In this document: one piece after another, positions 1 through 15,485 of the stretch
How the letters are laid out: each line of letters starts with the position of its first letter
How positions within the stretch are numbered: the stretch's first letter is position 1
Source: Euprymna scolopes
Taxonomy: Eukaryota
Reading direction: 5' to 3' (one strand)
Length of the DNA: 64,000 nucleotides
NCBI GenBank assembly: GCA_053919585.1
Contig: CM132785.1
Notes under the pieces: model-generated
The model's input: only the letters and a program-made list of their open reading frames with translations
The model's database searches: none
What the model was told of the DNA's origin: nothing
Made by a program: the position numbers and the translations under genes

Positions 1-170
1 CGACAAAGATGGCGACCACTGGATATTCGTTTATACAATAAATACAAATATATATATATCAACACATTAACAACTGAAGTGCATTAGTAGTCTTTAGAGG
101 TGGTGCAAAAGCCGATTAAAGTGAGAAACACTACGGAAAGAGTTAACAAATTAATACCCCATACACTGAC

Positions 171-344
171 CTCCACGTCCAAATCCCATACTCTCCAGAG
201 TGTCTCTGGCCAAACAAAGATCATGAGAAAGTTCCGGATAACCGGCTTCCTCGCCTTCAATGATGGCATTCTCCAATTCAACTTTATTTCTAGTTTTGAT
301 TGCGGCCACCAGTCGGCCACGGAGAACATCCGGGTATTTCAGAT
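171..344 (-). CDS. exon class B (divergent)
   Basis: 174 nt; DLKYPDVLRGRLVAAIKTRNKVELENAIIEGEEAGYPEL; donor GTCAGT. Confidence 0.85.
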
Positions 345-1289
345 CTGATTAACGTAATTGGTAAGTAAATACCATGTTATATTAAATCATAAAGACATAA
401 TTGCCTCATTACTGCATTAAAAGTATATGAAAATATTTCGCTGAATTCATTTTATTTAATAAAACATTGTAATGTAATTCTCAAGAAAGTTTGATAACAA
501 TTTAACAAATGAAAGTGGACGAAATATAGAGCTTACTTTGAATTTAACAGAAAAAAAATTAATGGAGTTTAATTCAAGGGGTTTAAATGTTATAATTTTG
601 TAGGCAATGTTGCTTTACAAACATGTTTTAGTAAGTAAACATATTTGATAAAGGTCGATATAAATCTGTTTACTCTAACCTCCTTTGCCGCTGTCCAATT
701 TGTGAAGGGTTTTCCTGGCTTTATGGATGTCATCATCTAAATCAGTAAAGCCGGCTGTCACACAATCTTTAATGGCTTCATCCAACTTCTTCATGTCATT
801 TGATTCGAAGGCCGCATTCAGTCTTTCATGTAGATTTTCCAGGGAGAGACTTCCTGATAATCGAAAATCAATTTTACTCATATTTTTTCTTAATAAACAA
901 TAACAGACATAGGTTTTTTTGTTTTGTAAATCAAATGGAATAATTCCTTTATACAATGACTCTACATGCATGGCTTTCATGTTGCCATATTAACTGTATG
1001 AAATGAAACCAATTCTTTTGAATTGTTATGCGTATCATGGTGTGTTATTATTAATATTGGGACTATTAATCAGAATCGAAATCGAAAAAAATCGGAACTC
1101 TCTGAGATATCGGAATCAGAAAAATAATAGATTAATTTCCGATCCAAATGCGATTTTTACTTACTTATTTGTTATTTTGTTCAAATTAAAACGTAATTTT
1201 ATATTTCTCGCACAAATGAATAATATTCATAAATATTTTACAATGAGTTGTAATCTTGGATACGATACATAAAAGGAAAACATTAAGAA

Positions 1290-1356
<67 letters not shown>

Positions 1357-4300
1357 CTAAGATTTTAATGTAAATGAAGACTCTCTGCAAAATTACACAA
1401 TCAGAAAAAAACAATGGAAACCATACTTTTAAGTTGATTTTAAAATGTAGATCGGTAATTGGATCGGAATAAGTAAACATATTGGAATCGTCCCATCACT
1501 AGTTATTATATATAAACATTTTGGTTATAATGGATACCCATTTTATAAGATTAAAATAGATATAAATTATTATGTCGAATATTTCTAACCTCCGAATCCG
1601 CCTCCCATTTTCTTCAGTGCGTCCCGTGCACTACGAAGATCAAACGAAATTTCTGGGTACTTGGCTTCTTCAGCAATGTGGATCAGTTTCTCCAATCTTG
1701 CTCGGTCTTTGTGTTTCACAGCTGACTGCAACTGAGCTCGCAGTCTCGCTGGTGGCAGGTCTTCCAGAGAGATATCTAAGTGGAACCATATTATAGTTTT
1801 TTTATTGCATGAAAAGGACTGATAATTTTCATGTATAGAGATTTTTCAAGTGCATTTTTATGCTATATAAAGAGGGATTGATGAATCCCAATTGCTCTGG
1901 CAATATTTATGTTTACTTCTTAATATTTAATGAAAATTTGAATCAAAATATTTCATCATATGAGATGAATAATGATTAATTAGATAAAGTGGGATAGGCT
2001 GCTTAGATTAATACAAGATAGTGTATAATATTTGCAGCATCCGTTAAGAGTTATTTATCATCGTCACAGATCATTATAAAATTAGTGCTTTTTCAATGAA
2101 AGAGTCTTTATATAATATATATTTTAGGAGCATTTTAATTTGATAAGATATCGTATTTCACAGTATATAAGACGCACATTTCAATTTAAAAATACTATAT
2201 AAATAAAGAGCTTGCAATACGTGCTGATATTTTTAGTAAAGTAAATTTAAATTAGAAATCAACTGAAAAATTATGTGCTAAAATATGCTATGAGTTAATT
2301 TTTTTATAAACGATAAAACTCGCGTCTTATATACCGAAAAATATTAGAATATATTAGTATAAACTCATTCTGATATTCAATGGATCCGATGTATGTATCT
2401 TTATCATTCAGAAAAAAATTATTCAGCATAAAATAAGAGTAATTGAGCTGGCGTTTATTAAAATACAATCTTGAAGGTAATTTACACAATTTAATAATTT
2501 TCAAAAAAATTGTATAGAATACATAAAAGTAGAAATATTCGAACCTGCTTCTGCATGTTTCTTATGGAAGAGACTGAACTTAGGAGATTTCAAATGGAAT
2601 CGAGGTAATGACATAGTTCCTGATAATTAAAATTAATCACATTTTGAAGACAAATCATTTTTATATTCATTATTAATTATTAAGTAAAAGACATATTTTG
2701 CTTATATACACTTTTATACGAAATTATCTCTGATTAGAGTTAACCGTCCTGTAACACAAGTAAAATTGAATCTTTATTTCGTGACGTTAGTCTGTTACTT
2801 AACTTGAATTTATCAGATACATATTAATATTTTTTAATTAAAATGAATTACCATAGTTGATTTTCTAGATATCTTACATTTACATAAATATTTCAGAAAT
2901 ACAATGTTATGAAGAGTTTCTTTAAACATGTAATTTACTCATTTATGTGATATTATAGAAAATGATGCAAATCGGGACCAATATAAATGGATAGATCAAA
3001 CCTCTGTGAGATGCTTCAAGAGATTTCAGATGAAATCTAGCCTCGTGGATATTGGGCGAAAGTTCCGGGTATCCGGATTTGACACATTCGGCTATTACTT
3101 TCTCAAGAAGGTCTGGATCGTTTTTCTTCATCGCTTTATCTAGCTTCAGGCGGAGTTTATCTACACTCAGTTTTCCTGACAAACAAAACGTACCAATAAA
3201 GAAATGACAATACCATTACTACCCAAAGGTAGGTGATAAAGAGATAGAATACCGGAAAAGTCAATACATTTTATGAGTTAGGTGAGCCGTGTCATATGAA
3301 TCTAATGGTTTTAACATGTGGATATGGATATTTAGTTTCATATAATATTATGTGTTGAATGTTATCACTAGGCGATAGCACGGACAAGAAAAGAAAAACA
3401 ATAATAAAATGAAATCGGATGATTATCTATTGATGGATTATAATTGACGTGAATGCTGACTTGACACATTTGCACATGTAAATGAATAGTTTCACGTATG
3501 AAAGTGAAGATGAGTGTATTACACAGTACAATTATCATAGTAATGAAATTAATATCTTATACAACGAATATAAAATAATTACTATTAATATATGTCATAT
3601 GATTTACTTAGGTTGATAACATGAAAAGTTAGAACAATCTGAAAACATTTCGAACGATTAAAGTCATGAATTCAAATGATCATAAATGATGAATTTGTAA
3701 TTTAGAACAAGAGAAAACTCGATTATATTAGTTAGAAGAAATATCACTGTAAATATATTTAAATTCAGATTATTAGGGATGGTTTCATCACCGATACATT
3801 TTTGAACAAATAACAATATTTGTCATTAAAATATTTAGTTGGATTTGTTTAAATTAAAATGAGTATATAAGTAAAAGTGTCATATATTAAATATCATTTC
3901 AAAAAAAAGGTTTTCAATAAAATATCTTATCTAGTGATACTTATTGTAAATGATTATGAAAAATAAATGAATTGATGTTAGACAACGTATGAACTAACCT
4001 TCGTGCCCAGATCCCAGACCATCTAGAATATCCCTGGCCTGAGGGAGATCAACGGATAGCTCTGGATAACCAGCTGCCACACATTCATTGATAACCTTCT
4101 CCAATTCTAGCTTGTTCTTAGATTTCATGGCTGCGTGGAGTTCACCTCGCAGGACATCGAGTGGTTTTACCCCTGATTGACATAATTAGTGTTGTTAAAA
4201 TATTTGTAAGAGAAAAGGTCATTTTGATATTTAAAAAATGGATCAGGGAATTAAAATTAGTAGTGAAAAAAAAATCAAATTTTCTAATAGTCATAAAAAA

Positions 4301-7300
4301 ATATTTTCCTGTAATCTGATTTGAATGTTATCTCTAACTTTATATACAAAATATATATTCGGAACAGGCGTTCCAAGATATATTTTGATTTGGCTTAGGA
4401 CAATTAATCCAAATTTAAACCGGGAATCAAAAAGGAAAAAAAATGAAATCGTGCTTATTTTCCAATGCCAAAAACGATTATTTTAATATTTATTTGTTTT
4501 GTTTATTTTATTTATAACTTTATTTTCCATTGATAATACTACTAATAATTATAGATATTTATTGATTTTTAAATTGCTTGTAAAACAAATTTCTATGGAT
4601 TAACTCTCGCAAGTGTGTTATTTACGTTCGCACATATTACATGTGTTTTAGGGCAATCCGAAAAGAAAGGAAAGAAAAACAACTCTATATTATATTAAAA
4701 TGTCATAAACGAATCGGAAGCAGTAATTGTATAGGAATCGGAAATTTAGAACTGAGTCGGTAATTGTATTGGAATTGGGGAAAAATATTCGAATCATCCC
4801 ATTACTAATTTTGATATTATTTAATGATATTTCTGGTAAGATCCGCCATAAAATATTGCATATGTGCAAACTATCACCGATTATATAGTGACGTTACTTA
4901 TCTTAAAAATGTTAATTGACAAATACACATTAAAGAATCATTTATTTGATCAAACGATTATTTTTTATGCCGATTGAACTTACCATAAGTCGATACATAA
5001 TTTATAAGTAATTTATTTTAATTCAAATTCACATATCATTTCAGGTAATTATTATTATTTAACTAATAAAATTTTGGATTAAATTATCTAACCTCCGGAT
5101 GCGCCTTCCAATTTTAGTAGGGCTTCTCGTGCGTCACGGAGATCAAACTCCAGTCCTGGAAGTCTGGATTTCTCGGCAATGTCAATAAGTTGTTCTAACT
5201 TAAGTCGGTCTTTATTCTTAATAGCTAAACGCAGTTGATCTCTGAGGGAGTCTGGTGTCATGCCTTCCGCAGTAATATCTAAGTAAAATTAGGTGTAAAA
5301 GTTACATGTTAGTACATAATTAATTATTGTATTAAACTAGTACATATTTATACAAATTAAGATTCCAAATTATTTCAGATAAAATTGTATGGGTCTGATT
5401 GTTTTCATGCACACGTAAACATTGTAAGTGTATAATTAATGTAAATATTAAATAAAACATTAAAAATGAATTAATTTACTTTGTTATTTAAGATTAGATT
5501 TTTATATTTTAAAAGTCAGGATTAATGAAAGTTATTATTAGGCAATGATTATATTATATTTAACTTTATTGTTTTATGACACACAGTTTTTACCAAACAA
5601 ATATTCGTTACGATATGTTATTAAATTATTATTAATGATAAAACGTTTAAAATTGTCATTAATTTAAATATATATTAAAGATAAATGATTTTAATTTGAT
5701 CAACCATAAAAACAATAACATTTTTTAAATGTAAATTTTCTAAGTATTAAAAATTCAAACACGCATAATAATAATTTGTAAATAATTCGAACCTGCACCT
5801 CCATGTTTCTTACGGAACAAACTGAATTTAGGAGCCTTGAAATGGAAACTTGGAAACGACCATGATCCTGATAATCAAAATTAATTATATTGACTTATTA
5901 CAAAGTTATAATTACTTATGAATATAATTGGTAACATTTACTTCATAAGTTTTTCTTGACTCAGAAGATCATAATTTACTTTTTCATTTTTATACTACAA
6001 TATGTTATATAGATTATATATATATTAATATTTTTACATTTGAGAAACTGGTTTAAATTTATTACGACATTACCATTTATCCAAACACGTAATATTAAAC
6101 GAAACATATAGATTGTGTCTCTTTATTACTTAAAAAAACTGTTTTCCATTATACTTAATTTCAAAAACTAATTAAAAGCAATTGCAAAAGCAATCAGGAA
6201 AATTTACAAAATAATAAACATATATTTATGTTCTATTTATTGGATTACTCTGAACTTATGTTAAAAATTTTATTAATTTAATAAAAAAAATACTGAAATT
6301 AAATTAGAATTAATCAACAGTCATGCAATAAGTGATGAAATTATGAGATTTTATTGTTAAATATGAAAATATGTTAAGAAATAATTAGACTTTTATAGAG
6401 ATTGGAGAATACACATTAAATCAAAGAAACACACCTTTGTCACTTCCTTCTAAAGATCCCAAATGGAGTTTTGCTTCTTTGATATCGGGTGACAATTCTG
6501 GATATCCAGAAGCGACACATTCGGCTATTACTTTCTCCAGAAGGTCTGGATCCTCTTTCTTCATAGCGGCGTCTAGTTTCAAGCGGAGTTGATCTACACT
6601 CAGTTTACCTGATGAACAAAAACGTACCAATGACTATAGCAGTATAACTATTTCAATCTCTAAAGAGTAAATCGAAAATGAGAAGACATAGATTTAAATT
6701 AGAAGTAATTGTTAATATTCAGTTTTACTACAGAATTACATGATGCATAGATTTTAAAAATAATTCTAACCTCCAACTTCGCCTCCCATTTTTTGGAGAG
6801 CGTCTCGGGCGTCACGAAGATCGACGTCTAGTTCTGGATATTTGGCTCCCACATTAATAAGTTGTTCTAATTTCAGTTGGTCTTTGTTCTTTATAGCTAA
6901 CCGAAGCTGTTCACGTATGGCTTCTGGTGTCATGTCTTCCAGTGAGATATCTATGTAAAATTACATTTGTAACAAATTTTTAGTTACTATTTTACTTTTT
7001 GATATGTTAGCAACTATATAAGTTTACGACATGTTTAAATTTGAAACATAGTATGTTATTACTTAGCAGGATAGTTCACCTAATTACATATGTAATTTTA
7101 AGTGAGAAATACAACTATTTCTAACATTATATATAATATATAACATTTAATATAAGAAAAATATAAATGAATATTTATGATATATTGTATATGTGTTAAT
7201 ATATACACCCATGCATGTGATTTTTTTTAATGTGAGAAGATATATAATCATTTCGACAACCAAATAACGTCACAGTTCACACAATCCCGAAATGAGGGCG

Positions 7301-10059
7301 AAATTCAAGTTTAGGACTTCTGGTCTCTATTTCCATGGCTTGTATGAGCGGCGATATTGTTTGATTGTGAAATGATGATTACTTATATGCGTGTGTATAT
7401 TCGGTTTTAGCAATTATATAATAAAAGTTGTGAATTTATATTGATTTGTGAATGACATTTATTATATTTTGATTCAAAAAGATTTCACAAAACATATATA
7501 ATGTCTAATAGAAATACGGCAAGGAAACACTAAGAAAATCTTATAATTAAATAAAGATCTTTGTTATTTGCGCTTTCAAGGAAATGTCAACTATCGAGTG
7601 TTTAGAATATTTTAAAAGAAAATAAATAAAAGATTCGAACCTGCATCTCCATGTTTTTTACCAAACAGACTGAACTTGGGAGATTTCAAATGAAATCCAG
7701 GAAATGACCATGATCCAACTGATGATGAAAAAATAATGCCCCTTTTTAGTGAATTATAAATAAATGACCCGATCCGATTTAAATATATCTCACAGTTCAA
7801 GAAACTTTATAAGGCAAACTTATTCACATATAAAAGGTGTTGTAGTTAATTAATAGTAATTCATTGTATTCAAGTGAGTTTAATAACTTAATGGAAAATG
7901 AATAATGATACCACATAGTTTTATACTTTCATATTTTTACTTATAATTAAAGACTGTTTCATTATTTTGTATGAATGTATACAAAATATTGATTGTATAG
8001 GATTACGATTTAAAAAGAAAAGAATCATTATAATATTGTTAAAATACTTTGATATCTAAGGATCTCGTTATTCATAACTTAAAGTAAAATAGGCTCCATT
8101 ACAGTAATCGATTTAGAGGAATTAGACAAACCTCCATCGCTCTCATCAAGGGCATCCAGATGAAGTCTGGCCTCATGAATATCGGGTAAAAGTTCTGGAT
8201 ATCCCGAAGCGACACATTCGGCTATTACTTTTTCCAGATTGTCGGCATCGTTTTTCTTCACAGCACCTTCTAATTTCAACCGGAGTTTTTCTAAACTCAG
8301 TTTTCCTGATAAACAAAAACGCACCAATTACCACAATATTAAAATTATCCTTGTCAGTATGGAGTAAAGTGAAAATAAGTTTACGGGAGAAGGAGAAAAC
8401 GAAATATAAACAAATGAATGATTTGATAAGTTTTAATTTATTGTAAATTTGAAAATTATATCCACTGAAATCGTGATTTAAAAAGAATAAAACATAAATA
8501 AAAATGCATTAACTTATATTAAGTACGTCTGGAATGAGACAGTTTACGACTTTACAAATAATATTGTAATGAAGGATATCGACTTAATAAATCAACAAGA
8601 ATCCAAGGACTAACCTCCACGACCAAATCCCATGCCGTTAAGAGTGTCTCTGGCTTGGCGAAGATCAAAGGAAAGTTCTGGAAAGCCTGCTTCTTCACAT
8701 TCAATAATAGCATTTTCTAATTCAACCCGGTTTTTGCTTTTGATTGCCGCATTTAGTTGTGCTCGGAGAGCGTCTGGTGTTTTCAGTTCTGCTTAACGTA
8801 ATAATCAATGTTAAATAAGATTCTTGAAATAAAATAATATCGAACTAGTTACATATTTAAGCGTGTCTTTAGTTAGTTGAATGTAAAATACTAATAAAAG
8901 TTCATAAAGATAAGACTTTGTTTACACTGAAATCGTATTTATATTAATATTATGTGAATCTGAATTCAATTACATTTTTGACCATGTATTTAGTACTCTA
9001 AATACAAATCATGTTTGACATGGTAATAAAGATGAGAATTTAAAACGACACATTTCTATCATTACTATGATTAATGATAATCAATAAATTGATTTAACGG
9101 AAATATAAATACAATTCTTTAAGTTATTTCGTAGATCAAAATCTTTAGACTCTAACCTCCTTTGCCACCTTCCAATTTGAAGAGTGCTTTTCGTGCATCG
9201 TGAATATCGACATCAAGGTCTGCGAAACCGGCCGATATGCCTTCTTTAATAGCGACATCCAACTTCTTCCTGTCCTTTGATTTGAATGCTGCCTTCAGCC
9301 GTTCACGCAGATTTTCCAGTGAGAAACTTCCTGATAACCGAGAATCAATTTTATTGATACTTTAATATTAAATACCTCAAAGTTACGTTCAGTTAAAATT
9401 GCAAACCGTTTTAACTTCAATAATCAGCGCTTTAAAATGAGTAGAAATGTTCCCCTTACAATTAAGTCTAGTGTATATAATAACGTATTTACAGATTAAT
9501 GTATTTTAATTTACGATAACAAATGGATTATCCGAAAGTATTGTGAACTCTTTAAAAGATTTAGTTAATTTATAATACAGAATTAATGGTAGTAAATGTT
9601 ATAAAAATCTAATTTTTATAGCAATATATTATTATTAACACCATTAAATGAATTATTTCAAATTACGATGCGCCATTATAGGTACATGATTAATATTTTA
9701 TAGTTAGAGAATTAATTATATTTAATTTTCTAACCTCCAAATCCGCCTCCAAGTTCTTTGAGGGCTAGTCTGGCATCCCGGAGATCATATGACAGTTCTG
9801 GATATTGGGCTTCTTCAGCAAGCTCAATAAGTTTTTCTAATTTTGGTTTATCTTTATTCTTTATGGCTAACTGCAGTTGAGCACGCAGTTTCTCTGGTGT
9901 CAGGTCATCAAGAGAAAGATCTACATAAAATCATATGTAAAACATTGTCTTAGTGCGATTTTAAAATTTGTATTATATTTTATAATTAAAAACAATTTGT
10001 CATACTATATTTACATATATATATATATAATTATATATATATAATTATATATATATAAT

Positions 10060-10090
<31 letters not shown>

Positions 10091-12746
10091 TAAGATCGTA
10101 AGCGTAAAGTCGAGAGAAGTAATAAAAGTTTTTGTGTCTTTATTTATTTGTCAGTATCTGTTAAGAGACATAAAACTTTAATTTAAATAAGGTAAAGAGT
10201 CAAATTTTATGACTTATCTTTATCGTATAATCAATCAATAATTAATCTTATTAATGTGTACATATAAAACATTATTAATACATATTTGGAGAATATAATT
10301 AATTTTATATGAAATATTTACTCGAAAACAATTTAGAACATAAATAAAATATTCCAACCTGTGTCTCCATGTTTCTTTCTGAACAAACTGAACTTAGGAC
10401 CTTTGAAATGGAAACTTGGGAACGACCATGATCCTGATAACCAAATAATGTATTGATATTTCAGAGATGTAATGACAAACAATTATCTGGTTAAAATAAA
10501 AATTTTGTTTTCAAAATATAAACTAAAATATGATGTTGCCTTAGTTAATGATCTTCCCCTCTGAGGTTCATTACAAAACAGTTTTAATCATATCTTCTGC
10601 TTTGATTGAGAAAAAAACAATTAATATGAAATATAATTTGAAAATAATAGTATACTCTGTGGTTTATTATAAATTCTGTCCAACGGATTTGCGAAAAAAA
10701 ATTCTTATATATACATCGGTCTCAACATATATTTAAAAATATTCATAGAAATTAATAATTTACCCCTTAACTGGCAACTTTTTATAGCAACAAATAATGA
10801 CATTAAATTTATTAGACGAACCTCTGTCAGAGTCTTCCAGAGAATCCAAATGTATTCTGGCCGCTTTGATATCGGGTATAAGTTCCGGGTATCCAGAACT
10901 AACACATTGAGCTATCACTTTATCAAGAAGGTGTGGATCATTTTTCTTCATAGCGCCATCTAGTTTCAAGCGGAGTTCATCTACATTCAGTTTTCCTAAC
11001 AAACGAAACGACCAATAACAATATTATATCTTTTTCCGTAGCACGATAAAAAAAGTATTACGTAAAGCATCTAATGATTATTCGGGAAAATTTTAACTGT
11101 CTCAAATGTAATTCCTTGGAACGAATATAGTAATTGTATGTATTAACGTTAAGCTTATAAATCTATTTTATACAATAGATTCACTGTACTATTCTCTCAA
11201 AAGAAAAAATTTATATAACTGAACTTTAGGAAATATAGTTGTGGTATTTATATGGATGATACATTTCTATAATAATAATACAATATATTAGAGAGTTTAT
11301 GGTATTATTTTTAACCTATATTTAACACAACTTTGTTGCATTAATATTTAAGAATTTTTCATGAAGAACAGTCATTAATAAGAAATTAACATGACAGAAA
11401 GGGAGGAATAAAAAATAAAGAAAATCAATGATATCCAACAAACTAACCTCCACGACCAAATCCCATACCATTGAGAGTGTCTCTGGCGTGGTTCAGATCG
11501 ACAGAAAGTTCCGGAAAACCGGCTTCCTCACATTCAATGATGGCATTCTCTAAGTCAACTTTGTTCTTGCTCTTGATTGCTGCTTTCAGTTTGGCTCGAA
11601 GTGCGTCTGGGGTTTTTAATTCTGTTAAGCGTAATAATTTAGAAAGAATCTTACTTATTTACACCGGAAAAATAATTTAATATTGTCTAATATATATATA
11701 TATTATACCAAATATGATTTCAAAGAAATGAATGCAGTTTTAGAAATATATATTACAGAATAAATTATAGTATTTCATTGAATTACTACAACATCTTATT
11801 CATACATATTTGTATATCTATATTGTGAACATATATAAATATGCACTGGTTGAAATTTAATGGAGATTTGCATATTGTATTTTAATACAAAAACAAACTT
11901 TAATTTACACTGAAAATTAAATTTCCAGATTAATTTAATAAGTAAACATCCATGGTGAAACTCAGTAATACTAAATTAAATATGTAAGTATGATTCAATA
12001 GATCTTATATAGATATAAATGTAAATTCTAACCTCCTTTTCCGCCTTCTAATTTAAAGAGGGCTTGTCTAGCGTCTTGAATGTCGGCATCGAGACCCGGG
12101 AAGCCGGCAGATACACTTCCTTTAATTGTTGCATCGAGAGCCTTTTTGTCATTTGATTTGAAAGCGGCCCTCAGTCGTTCGCGCAGGCCTTCCAGTGTAA
12201 AACCGCCTAAGAATCGAAATTCAGTTCGAATTCAGATGTTTATATTATTAAAGGTATACGTGTGAATGTTGTAAAATATTACAAACAAATGAAACATTCG
12301 AAAGGAATTAAATAAGATACGTTATGTTCTAATATTTAAAGAAATATTTTCACGATGATACATTATAATTAACAACATAAAATAAATTATTTCATATTAT
12401 TATGCAATAATTTAATACTTAGTAAAATTGTAATGGTTTGAAAATTAATTATATTGTATTTTCTAACCTCCAAATCCGCCTCCAAGTTCTTTGAGGGCAA
12501 GTCGGGCATCACGGAGATCATAGGACAACTCGGGATATTGGGCTTCTTCAGCAATCGCAATCAATTTTTCTAATTTGGGTTTGTCTTTGTTCTTTATAGC
12601 TAACTGCAGTTGTGCACGCAGTTTCTCTGGTGTCAGGTCATCAAGAGAAAGATCTACATAAAATTATGTAACATTGTCTTAGTACATCTTGTTGATTACT
12701 GGTAGTTATAAATTATTAGTTAAGAAACAGTTTTATGCATCGTTCA

Positions 12747-12805
<59 letters not shown>

Positions 12806-15438
12806 GATCACAAATTTAATGGAAGAAAAATCTGAGATGTTTTCTCTTAATCAATTCCCGAATATTTAAATTGTAATAAAAAGATTTAATTTGAATTATT
12901 CAAGATTATTTTTAAAATGAGTAATATTTAACGCATTATTAATAAAAAAAAATACCGAAATATTTCTATAATAAATGAAAACAGATTATTTTAAACGTTT
13001 TAACATTTTAGTACTATTAGAAATTTTCGAAACATTAAAAAGAAAAAATGAATTAAAAATTCGAACCTGCATCTCCATGTTTCTTACTGAACAAACTGAA
13101 TTTAGGGCTTTTCAAATGGAAACTTGGAAACGACCACGATCCTGATAATCAAAATTATTGATATTTTTGAAATATGATAAAAGAAAATTATCTGGTTTTA
13201 AATTGATATACAATTTAAACGCATTAACTTAAATAATTTCGGTATAATTAATGAATATTTCTCATTGAATTTTACGAGTATGGTCTATGAATTAGATTTG
13301 ATATAAAGAGCAATTATTATGGAATATAATTTTTGGAAAAGACACATTTTTTCTGTTGTATCAATTACAAATGTATGGTATTTACTTTTACAACGAACGA
13401 AAATTATATTTAGCCTATGCGTTGTAGAATATTTTATAATATGTAGTTAATTTGATTTATATTCAAATCAAGAATAAGATTATGAAATATTTATGGAAAT
13501 GCAATTTTTAAAAGGCTGTAATTTCTGTAATTAATTACTGAAAATGTATTAAACAAACCTCTGTCACTATCTTCCAGAGAATCCAGGTGGATTCTAGCCG
13601 CTTTGATATCGGGTATAAGTTCCGGGTATCCAGAACTTACACATTGAGCAATCACTTTATCAAGAAGATGTGGATCATTTTTCTTCATGGCACCATCTAG
13701 TTTCAAGCGGAGTTCATCTACACTGAGTTTTCCTGACAAACAAAACGGTCAAAAGCTAATTTGATATCTATACATCAGTAAGATGAACGATTTTACTGAT
13801 CCAGAAATCCTCATGTAAATCAGAATTAATGGATTAATATTTTAAAGTATAAATTGAGTAAATTTGTTACGTTCATAAAAATAGAATAAAAGGAAATATT
13901 TATATCTTTGTACTAAATAAATTATCATTACTCTATTTTTAAGAAATTATGCATGAATACAATGCAGTAGTATATTTTTAACCATGTATTTATTTTGTAC
14001 ACAAATTAATTAAATTAAATATATTGATAAATGTTTATGAATAAAATATAGACAACGTTCACTAATAATTAACTTACTTGATAGAAAGAGAAAAATGAAT
14101 AAAAAATCTTATTAGTTATATATAATAAACTAACCTCCACGTCCAAAGCCTAATCCATCCAGAGTGTTTCTTGCCTGATGAAGATCAAGAGAAAGTTCCG
14201 GAAAACCGGCTTCCTCACACTCAATGATGGCATTCTCTAAGTCAACTTTGTTCTTACTTTTGATTGCTGCCTTCAGTTGGGCTCGAAGTGCATCTGGGGA
14301 TTTCAGTTCTGTTGGACGTAATAATTTGTACGAAATTATACACATTTTACGTGGAAAATTAAACAATATTTGCTAATTATTTCTTCTTCAGTCTATGAAA
14401 CATTTTTTAAAATTACGATTTGTCATTATAAATATACATTATAAATATATGAAAGTAATTATTCTTAAAATGTATTAAATTTATTTATTACTATAGCAAA
14501 TATTTACATGTAAGTACATATAAACTACGTCTTATTAGACTCTTTATATGGATAGCTCATTGTATTACAACAGATTCTATTTATCTTTCATAGAAAAAAC
14601 AATTTAGGAACTTAATACATTTTTCTATTTTAACAATTAATTAATCACATGGAAAATATTTGATTTAGTTAGTGTAATGGTAAAATCGCATTTCCAACCT
14701 CCTTTTCCGCCTTCTAATTTAAACAAGGCTTGTCTAGCATCTTGGATGTCGGCATCGATACCTGGAAAGCCGGCAGATACACTTCCTTTAATGGTTGCAT
14801 CGAGAGCCTTTTTGTCATTTGATTTGAACGCGGCCCTCAGCCGTTCGCGTAGGCCTTCCAGTGTAAAACCACCTGAGAATCGAAAACCAATTAGTATTCA
14901 GCCAGTTTATTGTTATGAAATGAATACGTACAAAAACTTATTCATAAAGAATTTAAGAAGGCAAAAATTATGAAATTAAATATCATTATGTTCTAATATT
15001 TACAGAAACAAGATAGTACTACATATTATTATAAAATATAAAACTATATATGCCACATAATTTTGTTATATTTAAAATATTTCGATAAATTAATAAAAAA
15101 GAAGCGAATAATTATTTTAAGTATTTTCTAACCTCCGAATCCGCCTCCAAGTTCTTTGAGGGCAAGTCTCGCATCCCGGAGATCATATGACAGTTCTGGA
15201 TATTGGGCTTCTTCAGCAATCGAAATTAGTTTTTCTAATTTTGGTTTGTCTTTGTTCTTTATGGCTAACTGCAGTTGTGCACGCAGTTTCTCTGGTGTAA
15301 GTTCATCAAGAGAAAGATCTACATAAAATATGTAACATTGTCTTAGCACATATGCTTGTGATTCTTCGCAAATATATATATATAAAATTAGGGAACATTT
15401 TAAAGGCATCATACATATATATGTGTGCGTATATAATA

Positions 15439-15485
<47 letters not shown>

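Noticed and set aside
5-14. AAGATGGCG YY1-like motif as a promoter element
   Set aside because: Single short match at the window edge with no supporting promoter context.
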